Shown here: one piece after another, positions 15,088 through 28,350 of the stretch
Numbering within the stretch: position 1 is the stretch's first letter
Layout: each line of letters opens with the position of its first letter
NCBI GenBank assembly: GCA_964016885.1
Contig: OZ024741.1
Span: forward strand, 138,260,001-138,324,000
Direction of reading: 5' to 3'
From: Eledone cirrhosa
Taxonomy: Eukaryota
DNA: 64,000 nucleotides
Made by a program: the position numbers and the translations under genes
Notes under the pieces: generated by a model
Databases searched by the model: none
Seen by the model: the letters and a program-made list of their open reading frames with translations, nothing else
Told to the model about the DNA's origin: nothing

Positions 15088-16097
15088 ATAAATATGTTGA
15101 TATTCTGCGGTATGAGGACCGAGATCACAAATCAGAGAACTGCTCGATACATTTATTCATTTAATGGTTAAATGGCGAGCCTTGGCACTCTGGAGTTTCA
15201 CAACTTAGCCATTAAAGAAACACTATTTCCCTTAACCATGTGCTGTTATAAACACAACTACATTCAAATTTTATCTTTTTGTTTTTCATTCCCATCCTTA
15301 TATGTGCTTATAAGTTCTCTGTAGCGCCAGGAAGTAGGGAAAAAAACCTGTTACGCGTATCCTATTCATAAGTATTTATCAAACTCTGAAGAGACCCGCT
15401 TCGGGATTAGTTTAGACGCGAGCTTTTTATTTGTAGGAAAAGTACCGTCAAAGATGTGAAGTTAATCAGACCATAATACATGTCTAAATTAGGTAATTTT
15501 TTTTTTATTTAGTCTTAGTGTTTTTTTCCAGCAATAAGAGTACGCTTTGTATAATTTTATTCAGTAACAAAATCCACTTCACATATTCTCCAGCAAGTAC
15601 ATTGATAACACTTCAAATTTCCGAAGGATGGTAATATAGGCAGCAAGCTTGATAAGTGCTAATGTAGTATTGAAACGTTACAGAAACACAGTTGCATATC
15701 TGGTTTGCTCGTGTATATTTTAAGTACAACCCATTCTATTATATTAACTTTTTTGTCTGCCGCACGCTTTTATGATCATCCGACCGGAATTTCCATTAAA
15801 GACTATCTGGACGAAATGGTAATTAAAAAAATATATACAGAGATACGAGAAAGACTTTCTAAGTGTAATGCTTCAATCGTTCACATATTATCTTCCTTCA
15901 TCCTGTCATATTGCTCATTATCGTTTTCTCTTCCCCCTCTCTTCCCCCCTCCCCCCTCTCTCTCTCTATATATATATATGTGTGTGTGTGTGTGTATTTA
16001 TGTGTGTGTGTTGTGTTTTGTGTGTGTGTGTAGTAGTAGTAGTCATTTTAGAAACACATTAGTAAAGACACGATTATACTTTAGTTCTAACACAGAA

Positions 16098-16129
<32 letters not shown>

Positions 16130-17429
16130 ACACACTCACACACACACTCACGCACATATATATATATATATATAATTATATAATGGGGGTGGGTATATAC
16201 GTCTGTGCCTTTATGTATACATAGGAAAGACGTACATTTCAGTAATCACTCTAGAAACATTTAATTTAATATCGAACGATATAATCTTATACCCGGTGCG
16301 AAAGACATTACCTTTCCGAAGCTGAACTTCGATGTGATATTTCTATTGTTGTGTCATTGTAATAATGGAATGAAATGGACCTCAAACGATTTTGACGATG
16401 ATAGTTTCAGTTTTCCTATCAACGATACATCCTGGGCGTGAACATAACATGCATGACTGTGTTAATTTTACATACCCATGTATCCTTACTTTTCTTGGGA
16501 TTCAACAATATATAGTTTGGGGCAAATCGATCGCTTGAACTTTAAGTACATCCCAGATGTTATCGTAGTGTAAGTGACTGAATATCCCTTCAGTTGGAGA
16601 TAGATTAAAAGTGACATATTGTGTGAAAAGATGAGTCATTTGCCCAATAGGTACGCTCGATCCGACGAAGCTTCCTATATATAATTTTACTTAACGGTGT
16701 AATTCTACTCAAATGAATCCTATCTGATGCCATGCAATGATGTTAAACCCTAGATGTATGGCTGAAAAACGAGTGTGTTAACAATTCAGCATTGATCGTA
16801 CATACCAAGAAACGATGTTTAGCAGAACTTAACTTTCCAAAGTTGTAATTATATCATCAATTTTAGGATACCCACACAAGCAGCATCCAGATTTTAAGTT
16901 AACGTCATTCTAGAAACGTCATTCATTTATACAAATTATATTAGAAATCTGACAATATCATTTGCCAAGAATCAACGTGATTCGATCGAAACCGGCATTT
17001 AAAGATTTAAAAAAAAACATTTCGGAACCCTTCATCCATGCTGAACATAATGGTGTTAATAGAATCATATAAACATAAAGTGAATACGAACGTTTTGCAA
17101 ATGGAATTCCTACGGTGTATACTGAATCTGCAGTAGCCATATATCAATTAAGTAGACACAGGACATAAAGACATGTGCTATTTTATTATTTACACATTTC
17201 TTGTCATTAAATACAATAGATGAACAGGAATGTTAACAATATCTGATAGTTTCTGATCTCCATTGGAGTCCGCCATTTGATGATGCTATCACATTTTACA
17301 TCATGCATATCAAACTGTAGCGACTAACGGACTGTGATTAAAATGAAGTAGCAGAAGAGCTAGAAAAAAGATGAAGGAAAACAATAACAATAAGGATGAT
17401 GAGGATAATAATGATTGTGGACAATGAAA

Positions 17430-17665
17430 ACAGAAAACCTATAATAATAGGTGCTCTAGGAATGATAAAAAACACAGAGACCGATACATAGCCAAAACTC
17501 CAGGACTTACAAATAGATATATAGCACTACTCGACACTGCACACATATTACGAAAAGTACAATCAATACAATAGAAACAACACCTGAAAAAACTACACTG
17601 CTCATACACAAGGCGCACAGAGCTGTGCTCGGTAAATCAATAATGATGCGCAATAAAAATAATAA
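17430..17665 (+). mobile_element. 3' fragment of an R4/Dong-like RLE retrotransposon
   Basis: Decayed translation PIIIGALGMIK...IALLDTAHILRKVQ parallels the C-terminus PIVIGALG...LLGTARTLRYVL of the 21567 ORF; ends in (AAT)n. Confidence 0.7.
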
Positions 17666-17671
17666 TGGAAA

Positions 17672-20600
17672 TAATAATAATGATTTCTTTATTAGTCACA
17701 CATGGCTCAAATTAAGGAAACATTAAAGATGATACAGTACGAGACAGTTTGGGTTTTCCTTTGTGTAAAATGCAATTTATAAATGAGACTAAGAAAATAA
17801 TCATTTAAAACAAAGATAATTTCTTCCGCAAAGTTGAGGGGACTCTAAGGGTCACTCGTGTAGAAATCCCACAAATGCTACGCTCACCTTGTCCGCCAAG
17901 GCAAAGTACCTCTCCTAGTCTTTCTACTCCAATCTAATGGCGTATGCTCAAGGCAGGCCTATTCACACGGACCATGCTCGCTAAACTCACCCATTCACCG
18001 GCCTTTCAACAAACTGGTTGGAATGCAGCATTTCTTTCTCCACCCTGATTTTCCTCTTTAAGTGAAATCTGAAAAAAGTTAATCAAGGCTTCGCCAAAGA
18101 GGAAGGTGGCTTTCTTCAGCCATTTGAAAAGCGTCCACCATACGACCTATTTCACCATGCTCACCAGGCATATACAAACTGCCTGTCCTTCCCCTCAAAA
18201 GGAGGAAGGTGGGGTGATCTTTACAATGGACTCAGTTGATCTGTCGGATCTGTCCTACACGTGACAGCAGGTTCTCCACATAAACACACAGGTCAGTAAT
18301 ACTCTGCAACTTGACGAGTGCGTGCAAAACGGTTTCCTTTCCCTACTCGCACCTAGGACAGGCCAGATTGACGGCTCTTCGATGCATCTAGAGTTTATTT
18401 CGAACTGGCAAAGCTCCTGAGTAGAACTGCCAGGCCAGGGATTTCGGAAAGCTGTCCATGGGCTCTGGCCCGAAAGTTCTCCCAAAGAGATTGGCGAGTT
18501 AATTTTCATCGACGCCCAGATTCTCCCCAAGGATGTCGTCACTCTTTCCCTCCACTAACCCTCTATAGAACGCCAAGGTGGAGTTTCCACGGATCGCAGC
18601 GCGACTGGTCGAGGGCTGTGAGCTCCTGAAGCCATTCCAGTCTCCAAACACTTCCTCTTGGTCTTCGCTTCACCCAGGTCTGTACCTCTTTCAAGGAGAC
18701 GAGCCGGGGAAAACGTGTCTAGCAAATACGGACCACATCTGTTAATTGTCAAGGAAGAGATGGAGATGCCGCAGCCTCTGTGCATGTCTGGGCATCATCA
18801 GCCATGGCATGCTCAGCCCTCCACGTGGCGGGTGTTGACAGAAGATGGACCTTCTGACCATTGGAGCACGTTCGTTCCACAAAAAGCGAAAGGGCAGACG
18901 CACCAGTGCAGTCAGGCGAGACTTAGGACAAGGCATGACTGTCAGAGGGTCGTATATGATGGACACGATCTACGTGTTTGCCACCTCTGTCAGGCCTTTC
19001 AAGTATATTTTCCTCTCGGCCCATTTCGGGATGAGAGAAGCCACCTTGAACATTACCTGGTCCCAGGTTTTGTCCATCTGGAGGTACCGTCAAAATCAGA
19101 CTCCGAGTAATTTAACCGGTCCGTCCGTCCAGCACCCGACGATACTGTTGGACGGCATGGATCTGCCTCTCCAAGTGCTGAGCTGCAAATCCACTGACTT
19201 TTCCTTGTTGGTGTTTGCTTCTGTTACCGAGTAGACTCCTTGAGAGTGGTACCGATCATCTCAATGCGTTTGGTGCTCGACACCACTAAGGTGACGTCGT
19301 CGGCATATGCCAACACGGATCTACTGCATCCTAGTTCGTACGCGATGCCCCTCAAAGTCTCCAATTTTTGTAGTAATGGCTCAAGGATCAATACATACAG
19401 AAAGGATAAAAGGGGACATCACTGGCGAACAGAGGGCATGCTGTTGAATGGTTCCGCAAGGTGACCATTCATTCTAACCACGTGTATTTACACTGCCTAT
19501 CTTGAAAGAAGCCATGTTGTATGAAGGAAAAGTGGGAAGTCCACATACCTTAGTCTTTTAGGGGAAAGATGGTTGTTCCGTACCGGTGGTCAGATGTGCG
19601 TTCATTTGCAAGTATGTCTCCATATGTCCTTCTGGAGGGTGTCCTTCGGTATTCACCAATTGTTTTCCAATTTGTGTAATTTTTAAAAAATCTATGTTTA
19701 TAATTTGTATGTGTGTGGGTGGCGTGAATTTTGGAGGTGTCATTTCATGTGTTCCTGAAATACTTGAGTTATATGTAGTCGATTAAATGTTGGTTGTTCA
19801 AGTTTATTGCTGTATAGTGTGTGCAGGAAGTATATTTCTGTTGGATTTACTTTTGTTGTTGTGGATGTGGAATTGGTTCTGTTTGGGATTGTTCTGGTGT
19901 CTGCAGAGTCTGTTCTGGTGTTAATGGTGGTGGTTGTGTGGTTGCTGATGGTGGTAGTGGTGGTGGTGGATAAGGTGGTTCTGGTTTCGCTGGTGTAGAT
20001 GTTGGTAATAGTTGTCAAGGTTTCCTTCTTTTTTTAGGGGGTGACATCAGAGAGTTGGTGGCTGTGCCGCCGCTTCAGTCTCTGTCGTGTTTGTTGCTGT
20101 TGGTGTTGTTCCTCCCTCTTTTTCTTACTGTCGTTGTAGATGCTTTTGCTGTTGTTGGTGTTGTTTCTGCAAGTTGGGTGTTGGTATTGTATTCCTTGCT
20201 CGGGGCAGAAAGCCCTTATATGAGTGTTTGAACCGTAGATATAACACGAATCCGCTGCCTCTCTCCCACAATTATGAACAGTTGTGTGCCATTTGGCAGC
20301 TCGATGATATCAGGAATCTTTCTTAGCTTTTTCTGATACATTTGAAGAAGCTCCATCCCCAAATCGTTCCAGCTCTCCTGCGGACGTTTTCAATATCCTC
20401 TTCGTCTTTCAAGATGGCTGGTTGCTGGCCGGAGTATTTTTATCTCGGGCGTAACATTTTTTATTGTAATATTTGTTACATATTTGCCCATGTGTGTCGG
20501 GATCAGCAGGAACTTCTCACTCTTTAAGGGGTTGATAGAGTGAGACTTCGCTTCGATTTCCGAAGCCAATCTCACTTTTGTCGTCCAGCACTATATTCCT

Positions 20601-21230
20601 CTAAAGACAAAGGTTTTCTTTTCGCAATATTTCACTTAATATATGTTGCGCTTCCTCCATAGAGGGTCGTTACCGGCGTTTGCTGCGGAGATCTACGCAT
20701 TTATAAATAATTGTACATTTCTGTACATTGGCAATTATCTCGTCCGGCACTGCTAGATGCACTTTGCTGCCCTTTCTTTGAATAAGGTTCTTCTCCTCTC
20801 TAAAGGTAGCTAAGACTAACTTGTTGCTTGCGGCTGTCTTTGATGCCACACTATATTGACTTTTTTTCTTTGGTAGCAATGTTGTTGTTATAGTTGTTTT
20901 ATCGCGATCGTATTCGTTGGCGGCAGTGGTGGTGGTGGACAGAATAGTAAAACCTTCAACGTCTGTAGCTGTGATTTGCCAGTTGTTGTTCTTGTTGTTG
21001 TTGCTTTTATCGTCGTTGGGAGTATAGTTGACAACAGCTTTTAAAACTGGACAATTTTGAATTTTTTTTCAGAAAATGGTAAGAAAATTCCACATTGGAT
21101 AGGACTAAAATTATCGTTCCGCGAGGGTTACTAAATATATATTGTTTCAGTAATTGGTTATGTCGAAATTTTGTTACGATTGTTGCTAAATTAGCAAGAA
21201 AATTTAAAAGACTTATCAGCGGCAAATATA
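17672..21230 (-). mobile_element. Old, internally deleted Tx1/L1-clade LINE (pseudo ORF1 and ORF2) related to the 45708-51443 element
   Basis: Minus-strand fragments FLWNERAPMVRRSIFCQHP..GGLSMPWLMM and AYADDVT; ORF2 start MASFKIGSVN at 19515; ORF1 zinc-knuckle remnant SCYIYGSNTHIRAFCP near 20240-20200; 3' end AATAAAGAAAT+(ATT)n near 17680. Confidence 0.9.
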
Positions 21231-21277
21231 GCGTAGCCTTATCACCCGTGTGAATGAAAATAATAAAAATAATATAA

Positions 21278-21487
21278 ATAATGGTTTCTTATATAAGTAC
21301 AAGGCCAGGAATTTGAAGGGGAGGGGAAAGTTAATTAAACCTACTCCAGTGGGTGACTGGTACTTTATTTTATCGACCCCGTAAGGATGAAAAGGAAAGC
21401 TAACCTCAGTGGGATTTGAACTCAGACAATAATGGGCCGTAACTCTATGCTGCAAAGCATGGCGTCCGACCCTCTAATGATTTCTGT
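21278..21487 (-). mobile_element. tRNA-derived SINE
   Basis: ctggtactttattttatcgaccccgtaaggatgaaa...gggatttgaactcag is the reverse complement of the SINE consensus seen at 6937. Confidence 0.85.
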
Positions 21488-21605
21488 ATACTGTTTTTTT
21501 TTTATTATAATCAATTTGATGTATTAACTGGCTTACCAATGCACACTGTGAATTTATTTGCCCTAGGTGCCAGGAACACACTCGGCATATATCTCAGAAA
21601 CAATA

Positions 21606-21627
21606 ATGAGAGAAAATAAAAATGATG

Positions 21628-21694
<67 letters not shown>

Positions 21695-24524
21695 TAGTGG
21701 GAGACCTATGAACCTAAGATTTGTAGACAGGAAAAAGTTAAAAGAAACAACAGCTAAGGTAAACAAAGTCATCCCATACCTTGAGGCGAGGAGCCTTCAC
21801 CAGTGCAACAATATCCTCAGAGCAACAGCAAATACGGTGAGGAAACTACTTGGTATAAAAGCGAGAGGAAACAACAGACAAGAAAGAGCAGAGCCGTGGT
21901 GGAAGAAGCGACTGAGTGGGCAAATCGGGGAAATGAGAAATGACATAGGAAAGCTTGAGTCACTACTGAATGGGACACTAAAAAACATAGGCACTAAAAA
22001 TAGACTGGAAATAAAATACAAAACTAGGAGTAAAAAGCTAAATATTATCATAGAGGAATTGAAGCAACGCATTGTAGCAAAGAGTGCAAAAATCAGGCGA
22101 TACGAGAACAGAGTCAGTCAGTATAAACAGAACCGCATGTTCGACAACAACCAGAAGATGCTGTTTGGACAGCTTGAGGGCAAAGAAAGAGGCAACGACT
22201 TGATCCCTGGGGCGGAACAAACTAAAACATTCTGGAGAGGAATATGGGAGCAGGATGTTAGACACAATGCCCAGGCAGGGTGGATTGAGACAGTACAGAG
22301 GGAGATCGGTGAGCAGGCACAGCAACAGACTGATTTGAGTATCACAGTTGAAACTCTTAAGGGGCAAGCCAAAAAACTAACCAACTGGAAATCACCAGGC
22401 CCAGATGGTGTGCAGGGGTATTGGATTAAACATTTAACATCCCTCCACCCGAAGCTGACGGCCATGTTCAATGACTGCTTGGTGTCGGGTGAGGTGCCAG
22501 AGTGGTTGACAAAAGGTACCACAGTTCTGATAATGAAAGACCGAATCAAGGGTAATGATGCTACCAACTATAGACCTATCACATGTCTGCCCGTAATGTG
22601 GAAACTGTTGACGAGCATTGTGTCTGAGGAAATCTACCATCACCTCCACACAAACAACTTGTTACCGGACGAACAGAAAGGATGCCGAAAGAAGTCACGT
22701 GGTACAAAGGACCAGTTGCTTATTGATAAGATGGTAATGGGGAATTGCAGGAGGAGACACACTGATCTTGCCATGGGATGGATAGACTACAGAAAGGCAT
22801 TTGACATGGTGCCTCATTCCTGGATCACCAAAAGCCTGGAGATCTTCAGGGTGGCAGATAACATCAGACAGTTGCTAGGCAGGAGTATGGGGTCCTGGGA
22901 GACAGAGTTGACATCAACTGGAGTATCCTTGGGAAGCGTGAAGATCAAGAGAGGTATCTTCCAGGGAGATAGCCTGTCCCCTCTGTTGTTTGTCCTTGCC
23001 CTGATGCCCTTGACCATTATGCTGCGAAAAGTGAGAGCAGGATACAAGTTGGGAAGGGGAGAGCTTACCATCAATCACCTCCTCTTCATGGACGATCTTA
23101 AGCTCTTCGGGAAAAGTGAGAAGGAGTTGGATGTGCTTGTTGACACTGTCCGTATTTTCAGCAGTGATATATGTATGCAGTTTGGTATTGGTAAATGTGG
23201 AGTCATTGTGATGAAGAGGAGTAGGTTGAGCAGAAGTAACGGGATCCAGATACCAACAGGTGAGATGATAAAGGAAATTGACTCTGAGGAAGGATACAAG
23301 TATTTGGGCGTTCTGGAGGCTGATGGCATAAAGAACAAAAAAATAAAGGAATTGTTAAGAACTGAATACATTCGGAGAGTAAGGAGCGTATTGAAGTCAC
23401 ATCTGAACAGCAGAAATGCCATAAGCGCAGTAAATTCCCGAGCTGTGTCTATTATTAGGTACAGTGCGGGAATTCTGAGATGGAATGTTGCTGAACAAAA
23501 AGAAATGGATAGGAAGACTAGGAAGCTATTGACTATCTACAACATGTTCCACAAGAGGAGTGATGTCGATAGACTCTACCTAAGGAGATCTGAGGGTGGA
23601 AGAGGTCTTATCAGCATAGAGGACTGTGTTCAGATGGAGAAAAACAACCTATACAAATACGTGACCTATAGTAAGGAGCCAATGCTCAGAACTGTACTGA
23701 AGGAGGGGACAGTAGGCCAGGGGATGTCCAGGGAGGAAATAACATCAAGGAGGAAGAGCAGCCTTAAGGGAAAATCCCTTCATAGTACCTTCTTTGAGAA
23801 AACTGAATTTAGAGAACCACAGACATGGAACTGGTTGAGAAGAGGAGACCTCAAAAAGGCTACAGAAGGAATGCTAATGGCTGCGCAGGAGCAGGCCCTC
23901 AAAACGAAGTGGTTGAAGCACCATATCTACAAGGAGGAGGCTAGCCCACTGTGCAGGATCTGTGGAGAGAGAGAGGAGACTGTGGCTCACATTGTGTCCG
24001 AGTGTAAACACCTAGCCCAGACCCACTATAAGGGCTGGAGACACGATGTGATGGGCAGGGTGATCCACTGGCACCTGTGCAAAGTAAACAATCTACCACA
24101 TTCTGAGAAATGGTATGAGCATAGGCCAGAGGCGGTGATGGAGAACAATCAGGTGAAGGTGCTGTGGGATTTTAGGATACAGACGGACAAAAAACTGGAA
24201 CACAATAGACCTGACCTGGTGGTTGTGGACAAAGAAAAAAGATCGTGCCTGATTGTGGATGTGGCCTGCCCGTTCGACACGAGAGTGCAAGAGAAGGAGA
24301 GGGAGAAAATTAACCGATACCAGGACCTAAAGTGGGAGGTGAAAAGGATTTGGAACTGCCATGAAGTCAAAGTGATCCCGATTGTCATAGGCGCACTGGG
24401 GACTATCTCCAAAAGTTTCCAGGGATGGTTAAAGAAAATCGGCCCCTTCACGCTTTTTGGAACGCTTCAAAAGGCATGCTTGCTTGGAACAGCAAGAACC
24501 CTCCGATACGTCCTGAATATCTGA
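21606..24524 (+). CDS. Uninterrupted reverse transcriptase + CCHC knuckle + restriction-like endonuclease ORF
   Basis: KSPGPDG, NYRPITCL, DYRKAFD, GIFQGDSLSP, LFMDD, YKYLG, CRICGEREETVAHIVSEC, RHD, RPD..IVDVACP..EK motifs. First ATG at 21606 lies in flanking DNA. Confidence 0.93.
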
Positions 24525-24600
24525 GGCTGCAGGTAGTGGCTTGATATTCAATCCAACGGACTTTCCAATTAACCAACATCAATGACTGAGATTCAAGGAA
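21693..24600 (+). mobile_element. R4/Dong-clade non-LTR retrotransposon, 5'-truncated, inserted in (AAT)n
   Basis: Flanked by (AAT)21 at 21630-21692 and (AAT)n at 24600-24633; homologous to 25354-28250. TAA-repeat targeting is established for Dong (R4 clade). Confidence 0.9.
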
Positions 24601-24633
24601 TAACAATAACAATAATAATAATAATAATAATAA

Positions 24634-27600
24634 TGATAGTGCCACGCTAAATAATAATAATAGTGATAGTGCCACGCTAAAATCACCGGGGATGATCAAA
24701 TCACTGGGGGTGATGAAATCACCGGTGGTTACGTAACCATACATTCACAAATCCTCGATATGAGTGCTTAAATGTCGAACCTAAACAGTTCGAATAACGG
24801 TGAAGTGGAGACTGGAATGTCATGTGACAGACTCTCACCCAGCAGGTGCTCCCTGGCTCAGCAGCAGGTACCTGGCTGTCAACCAAATACTGCTGGTGTC
24901 GGAAGAAGAAGGAAAGGGACCAGAACCAACTGGACGAAAGAATTTAATATAACTGTTATGCAATGTTACCTGAAGAGTAACCCCAAGGAAAAAGGCTATA
25001 GGAAACGGATGCATCTGGAACAAGATTGGTCTATTTAAATTAGATGAACAAAAATTGGCCGGGCAGGCTCGGGTAATAAGAACTAATGGGTGGATAAGTG
25101 AGCTTGAACTGGAGAAACTCAGCAAAGAGATTAGATTGGAAATGGAGAGTGGAGTATGCCAGGCAAACGAGCCAGTGAGAAATGAAGGTGAAGAGGTTGA
25201 GAGAACGGAGGAAGCATCCGAAGCAGACAATAATCTGAATGCTGAAATGAATAATACCTGGAAGAAAGATACGGCGATTGAGGAAATGAATGCTGACGGG
25301 CTAGGAAAATATTTGGTTGATATCCGAAACTTAGTGGTAGATGAAATGAACAATGGTAGTGAGAAACTTATGAACCTAAGATTTTTAGACAAGAAAAAGT
25401 TAAAAGAAACAACAGCTAAAGTAAACAAAGTCATGCCATAACTTGAGGCGAGGAGCCTTCACCAGTGCAACAATATCCTGAAAGCAACAGCAAATGCGGT
25501 CAGGAAATTACTTGGCATAAAAGCGAGAGGAAACAACAAACAGGAAAGATCAGAACCTTGGTGGAAGAAACGACTGAATGGTCAAATCAGGGAAATGAGA
25601 TACGACATTGGAAAACTTGAGTCCCTACTGAATGGGACACTACAAAACATAGACACTAAAAATAGACTGGAAATAAAGTACAAAACTAGGAGGAAAAAGC
25701 TAAATATTATCATAGAGGAACTGAAGCAACGCATTGTAGCAAAGAGCGCAAAGATTAGGCGATACGAGAGCAGAGTCAGTCAGTATAGACAGAACCGCAT
25801 GTTTGACAACAACCAGAAGATGTTGTTTGGACGGCTTGAAGGGAAAGAAAGAGGCAACGACTTGATCCCTGAGGCAGAACAAACTAAGACATTCTGGAGA
25901 GGAATATGGGAGCATAATGTTGAACATAATGACCAGGCAGTGTGGATTGAGACAGTACAAAAGGAGATTAGTGAACAGGCACACCAACAAACTGATTTGA
26001 GTATCACAGTTGAAACTCTTAAGGGGCAGACCAGAAAACTAACCAACTGGAAATAACCAGGCCCAGATGGTGTGCAGGGGTATTGGATTAAAAATATAAC
26101 ATCCCTCCACCCGAAACTGACAACCATGTTCAATGACTGCTTGGTGTCAGGTGAGGTATCAGAGTGGTTGACAAAAGGTACCACAGTTCTGGTAATGAAA
26201 GACCGAACCAAGGGTAATAATGTTACCAACTATAGATCTATCACATGTTTGTCCGTAATGTGGAAACTGTTAACAAGCATTGTGTCTGAGGAAATCAACC
26301 ATCACCTCCACATAAACAACTTGTTACCGGACGAACAGAAAAGATGCCGAAAGAAGTCCCGTGGTACAAAGGACCAGTTACTTATTGATAAGATGGTAAT
26401 GAGGAATTGCAGGAGACACACTGGTCTTGCCATGGGATGGATAGACTACAAAAAGGCATTCGACATGGTACCTCATTCTTGGATAACCAAAAGCATAGAT
26501 ATCTTCAGGGTGGCAGATACCATCAGACAGTTGTTGAGCAAAGGTATGAAGTCCTGGAAAACAGAGTTAACATCAACTGGAGAATCCTTGGGAAGCGTGA
26601 AGATCAAGAGAGGTATCTTCCAGGGAGATAGTCTGTCCCCTCTGTTGTTTGTCCTTGCCCTGATCCTTCTGACCATTATACTGCGAAAAGTGAGAGCAGG
26701 ATACAAATTGGGAAAGGGAGAGCTTACCATCAATCACCTCCTCTTCCTGGACGATCTTAAACTCTTCGAGAAGAGCGAGAAGGAGTTGGATGTGCTTGTT
26801 GACACTCCGTATTTTCATCAATCATATATGTATGCAATTTGGTATTAGTAAGTTTGGAATACTTGTGATGAAGAGGGGTACATTGAGCAGAAGCAACGGA
26901 ATCCAGGTTCCAACAGGTGAGATGATAAAGGAAATTGATACTGAAGAAGGATACAAGTATTTTGGGTGTTCTGGAGGCTGATGACATCAAGAACAAAAAA
27001 TGAAGGAATTGATAAGATCTGAATACATTCGGAGAGTAAGGAGCGTGTGGAAGTCACATCTGACAGTAGGAATGCCATAAGTGCAGTAAATTCCCGAGCT
27101 GTGTCTATTATTAGGTACAGTGCGGGAATTCTGAGATGGAATGTTGCCGACCAAAAATAAAGGATAGGAAGACTAGGAAGCTATTGGCTATCTACAACAT
27201 GTTCCACAAAAGGAGTGATGTCGATAGACTCTACTTAAGGAAATCTGAAGGTGGAAGAGGTCTTATCAGCATAGAGGACTGTGTTCAGATGGAGAAAAAC
27301 AACCTACACAAATACGTGACTGATAGTAGGGAGCCAATGTTCAGAATTGTACTGAAGGAGAGGACAATTGACCAGGGGATGTCCAAGGAGGAAATAACAA
27401 GGAGAAAGAGCAACCTTCATGAAAAATCCCTTCATGGTGCCTTCTTTGAGAAAACTAAATTTAGAGATCCACAGACATGGAACTGGTTAAAAAGAGGAGA
27501 CCTTAAAAATGCTACAGAAGGTATGCTAATGACTGCGCAAGAACAGGCCCTCAAAACGAAGTGGTTGAAACACCATATTTACAAAGAGGAGGCTAGCCCA

Positions 27601-28252
27601 CTGTGCAGGATCTGTGGAGAGAGAGAGAGGAGACTGTGGCTCACATTGTATCCGAGTGTAAACACCTAGCCCAGACTGACTATAAAGGCTGGAGACATGA
27701 TGTGATGGGCAGAGTGAACCTCTGGCACCTATGCAAAGTAAACAATTTACTACATTCTGAGAAGTGGTATGAGCATTAGCCAGAGTCGTTGATGGAAAAC
27801 GATCAGGTGAAGGTGCTGTGGGATTTTAGGATACAGAAGGACAAGCAATTAGAATACAATAAGCCTCACCTCGGGGTTTTGGGCAAGGAAAAAATATCAT
27901 GCCTGATTGTAGATTTAGCCTGCCCATTTGACACGAGAGTGCAAGAAAAGGAGAGGGAGAAAATTAACCGATACCAGGACTTAAATGAGGAGTTAAAAAG
28001 CATTTGTAACTGCCATGAATACAAGATCGTCCCGATTGTCATAGGCCCACAGGGTACTCAAAGAGTTTCCAAGGATGGTTAAAGAATATTAGTCCAGCCC
28101 CGGATTTTGGATCACTTCAAAAGGCATGCATGCTGTGAACAGCAAGAAGCCTCCGATACGTCCTGAATATCTGAGGTTGCAGGTTGCGGCTTGATAGTCA
28201 TTTCAACAAACTTTCCAGTTAAATAACATCAATCGCTGAGGCTCAAAGAACA
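24634..28252 (+). mobile_element. Full-length but pseudogenised R4/Dong element in tandem with the previous copy
   Basis: ORF broken into pieces (24772, 25055, 25595, 26072, 27136, 27789). Retains the 5' UTR and the N-terminal WTKEFNITVMQCY..GYRKRM..EQKLAGQARVIRTNGW (Myb-like) region; ends in (AAT)n. Confidence 0.92.
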
Positions 28253-28254
28253 AT

Positions 28255-28350
28255 AATAATAATAATGGTTTATTTATTAGCCACACAGGGCTAACATTTA
28301 CACCACAATAACGATGCAGTGTGGGTTTTTGTGTGTAAAGAAGGTTATAT
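28255..28350 (-). mobile_element. Short 3' end of a Tx1-like LINE, tail-to-tail with Dong in the same AAT tract
   Basis: Minus strand GCCCTGTGTGGCTAATAAATAAACC(ATT)n matches the 3' termini near 17690, 59165 and 51415. Confidence 0.65.

Noticed and set aside
15381-15426. CTGAAGA followed by a small hairpin
   Set aside because: No GAAA or helix III follows; at best a deleted relic.
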